Shown here: positions 45,771-48,005 of the stretch, piece by piece
Position numbering within the stretch: position 1 is the first letter of the stretch
Layout of the letters: every line of letters begins with the position of its first letter
Program-made: the position numbers and the translations under genes
Assembly: GCA_002269645.1 (NCBI GenBank)
Contig: NIVC01000880.1
Span: 1 to 48,005 of the forward strand
Direction of reading: 5' to 3'
Source of the DNA: Macrostomum lignano
Lineage: Eukaryota
DNA length: 48,005 nucleotides
Notes under the pieces: generated by a model
Told to the model about the DNA's origin: nothing
The model's input: only the letters and a program-made list of their open reading frames with translations
Database searches by the model: none

Positions 45771-48005
45771 ATGGATCTGGTCAGGTCGCGAGTGCATTTT
45801 GGTGAGGCATTGGTTAATGGAAGGTTAATTTACAGCGAGAATTTAAATCAATAGCCAAGGATGAAAAATTCTCGTAGACACAACATTGGTCGTACTAGCT
45901 ACTTGGTCTTAATATTTCGAATCCAAGTCTCAGATGACAGATTTAAGCTACTAGGCTTAGGCCCAGGCCCCTGGTGGGCCGTGCCCCAAGCAAAACTGAA
46001 AAATAGAACCAATAGCAAATTTGATCTTTTAACAATAGGAACACCAAGCCATTTTCCTCACTTCGAACTGCCCAGGAGGGATTCCCGACGGCGTTGGGCT
46101 GATGACGGAATTGAGAAACTAGCTGAGGATGTCCGGCAGTTGAGGCTTGATCAGGGAAACTAGAGAAATTCGCATGGTGCCACCTGTTGAAGGTCCAGAA
46201 GCTCCGCTTGGTTGGAGGCCTACTGTTGGTAGTTGGTAGTTCTACTGTTAATTACTGCAATTAGAAGTGTTGCAATAATTAAAGGCAACACAAAATTAAT
46301 TTGCTAGTACACTTGTAGGTCAGTGTACTTGTTTCCTGTGATTCTTCTATGATAAGTACTCCAGGTTACCGTCTTTGTTAACTTTCTTTACAATTTTAAA
46401 AACTTGCTTTACTGACAATTATGTCGGCGATAGTAGGGCCGAATTTAAGTAATTTTGAACTGCAAGCCTGAAAAGTATACGGCAATTAAGCGACATTCGG
46501 ATGCATGCGAGTCCACTTCCGCCTGTTGAGGCCAACAAGTCCACGACACCCTCAGCTACCTCTGGGCCTCAAATTTCGATCTAAGTTTCCGACTAGATAA
46601 ATTGATAAACATGATTGATTTGCGTATGTACGGACTATTGGTATGGTGTCAAGTCTTAAAACCGAAAATTTCATAATTTTCGGATCATAGAAACTGAATT
46701 TTTTTATTATTTTAAGATATTATGCTATGGATTTTGTGTTTTTAGCCCTTCGGAATACGGAGGGCCTTTAATTCAAGAACTCAACGGAATCCATTAATCA
46801 GTAGCGGCCGATAATTCTGCTCTCGATAATGAGATAACAAAGACTTGACAGAAGGTTTTCGGGTTCTCATAGCGCTTGTAAAATGGGCAACTTTTGCAAA
46901 AACATGACAGGTTCATTTTGACGTGTGAAAAGGTCAATTCTTAGGAATTTGACACTTTGACAGTTGAAGTTGAATTGATTGTTAGTGAGGACAATGGTAG
47001 TGAAGACATCCATTGTTTACCTTGTTTGGTGTCATGGTTCGTTGTAGCATAACTTGGTTTCAAATCACCCAGAAATTAGAAATGCAGGCCCGCTTCCGTG
47101 TCCCTGTGTAGAGGACCCTGTGGATCCCTCTATCGTCTCTGGCGCGGCAAGAACAGACAGAGACAAACAGTTCCCCAGATAGTTTCATAGTGGCCAGCAT
47201 CATCACAGCTTATTGGCAACGCCAGCCCACTCTGCATAAATTTGGATTGGATAAAAACTGGAAATTTCAGCGCAGCACTACTGCGCCAAAAATACACTTT
47301 CCCAGTTTAGCCCCCGTCCAACCCGGATATCCGTAATGCCTGTACGTCGAGGCCACGTAGCACCTCAGAATGTCTTTATTGATAACCTAATAAAGAGATT
47401 GGAGGCGGAGAGTGAGTGTATAATCCTATTTGTAATTAATCATTCTTGTTGATTGTGCACATGTAACACCGATCGTGTGACCCCCTCCGCAGACAGAGCC
47501 TTCTGTGTAGTGAATGCTCGACTGTCGCTCGGCCGATCATCTTCAGTAGCGACGCATTTCGCAGTCTCACCGGCTACTCGCGCAGCCAACTCACTGGACT
47601 TTCGGTCGCTTGCCGAGCTCGGCAAGCACGGCGACATCAAGGGAAGCGACGGCAGTTGCAGCCTCGATGGACGCGGCGCTGGCCGCGACAACGGCGGAAT
47701 CAGAAACGGCGGAGGAGACGCAGGTGGACTCTGTGCTGCGCAGAAAAACGGTAGGGTGGAAAGTTTTGAGCTCATGTCCTGTGCTGCTGTGTTATTATCG
47801 GAACCCCGCCAATTGTAACAGCCGGTTTCTCTGAGTCCCTGCAGTACCCGTAGGTTCATCAGGTCCTCATGTCTCAATCTACCTGTAACCGTCAAAAGCC
47901 TCGTAGTATTTATTCCCTTACATAGTCACCACGAACTATCAGTTTGCAGAGGCACACAAATTGCTCCCCATATTATCTCTCTTTATTTGTTGCTTCTCTA
48001 GGCAG
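45771..48005 (+). CDS. 5' part of a KCNH (EAG/ERG/ELK)-like PAS-domain gene; frameshifted as assembled; continues past the window
   Basis: Putative exon 45771-45801 (MDLVRSRVHF, phase 1) joins the exon from 47493: DRAFCVVNARL..RPIIFSSDAFRSLTGYSRSQLTGLSVAC..AVAASMDAAL...TQVDSVLRRK. This parallels the KCNH PAS ([44 protein letters not shown]). Next acceptor ttctctag|GCAG at 48002. Needs ~3 single-base corrections. Confidence 0.6.

Noticed and set aside
47460-47750. LOV photoreceptor domain
   Set aside because: The flavin-binding GxNCRFLQ motif is absent; spacing and exon phases fit a KCNH-type PAS better.
45431-47895. Short ORFs 45431-45730, 45437-45805, 45861-46163 and 47440-47895
   Set aside because: No motifs or splice support; they overlap the putative UTR, intron or antisense of the PAS-domain gene.

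Overview
Eukaryotic, intron-rich genomic DNA with canonical GT-AG introns. Dense ~20-23 bp intronic minisatellites suggest an invertebrate, possibly the flatworm Macrostomum; this is inference and unverified. About two thirds of the window (1-31606, minus strand, 3' end outside the window) is one giant secreted-protein gene. I traced 22 phase-consistent exons: signal peptide, EMI-like, EGF, TB-like, three VWD-C8-TIL assemblies, six LDLa modules, then a >13 kb exon of Thr-rich mucin tracts alternating with divergent discoidin (FA58C)-like domains (13 in the window counting exon 21). This resembles SCO-spondin/hemolectin, but the discoidin domain is amplified on a near-identical 2196-bp unit. 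Upstream lie 1.1 kb (GATA)n and 0.25 kb (GACA)n arrays, then a CXorf65/C22orf15-like gene (+) preceded by an RFX X-box match, a ZDHHC2/15/20-type palmitoyltransferase (-), a Harbinger-type non-autonomous element abutting a small basic ORF, and the start of a KCNH-like PAS-domain gene (+) with apparent 1-bp deletions. Most long introns carry their own unrelated minisatellite, often touching a splice site. Two MITE-like families recur in introns. Most ORFs in the supplied track are antisense or repeat shadows. All calls come from manual reading; no database search was run.
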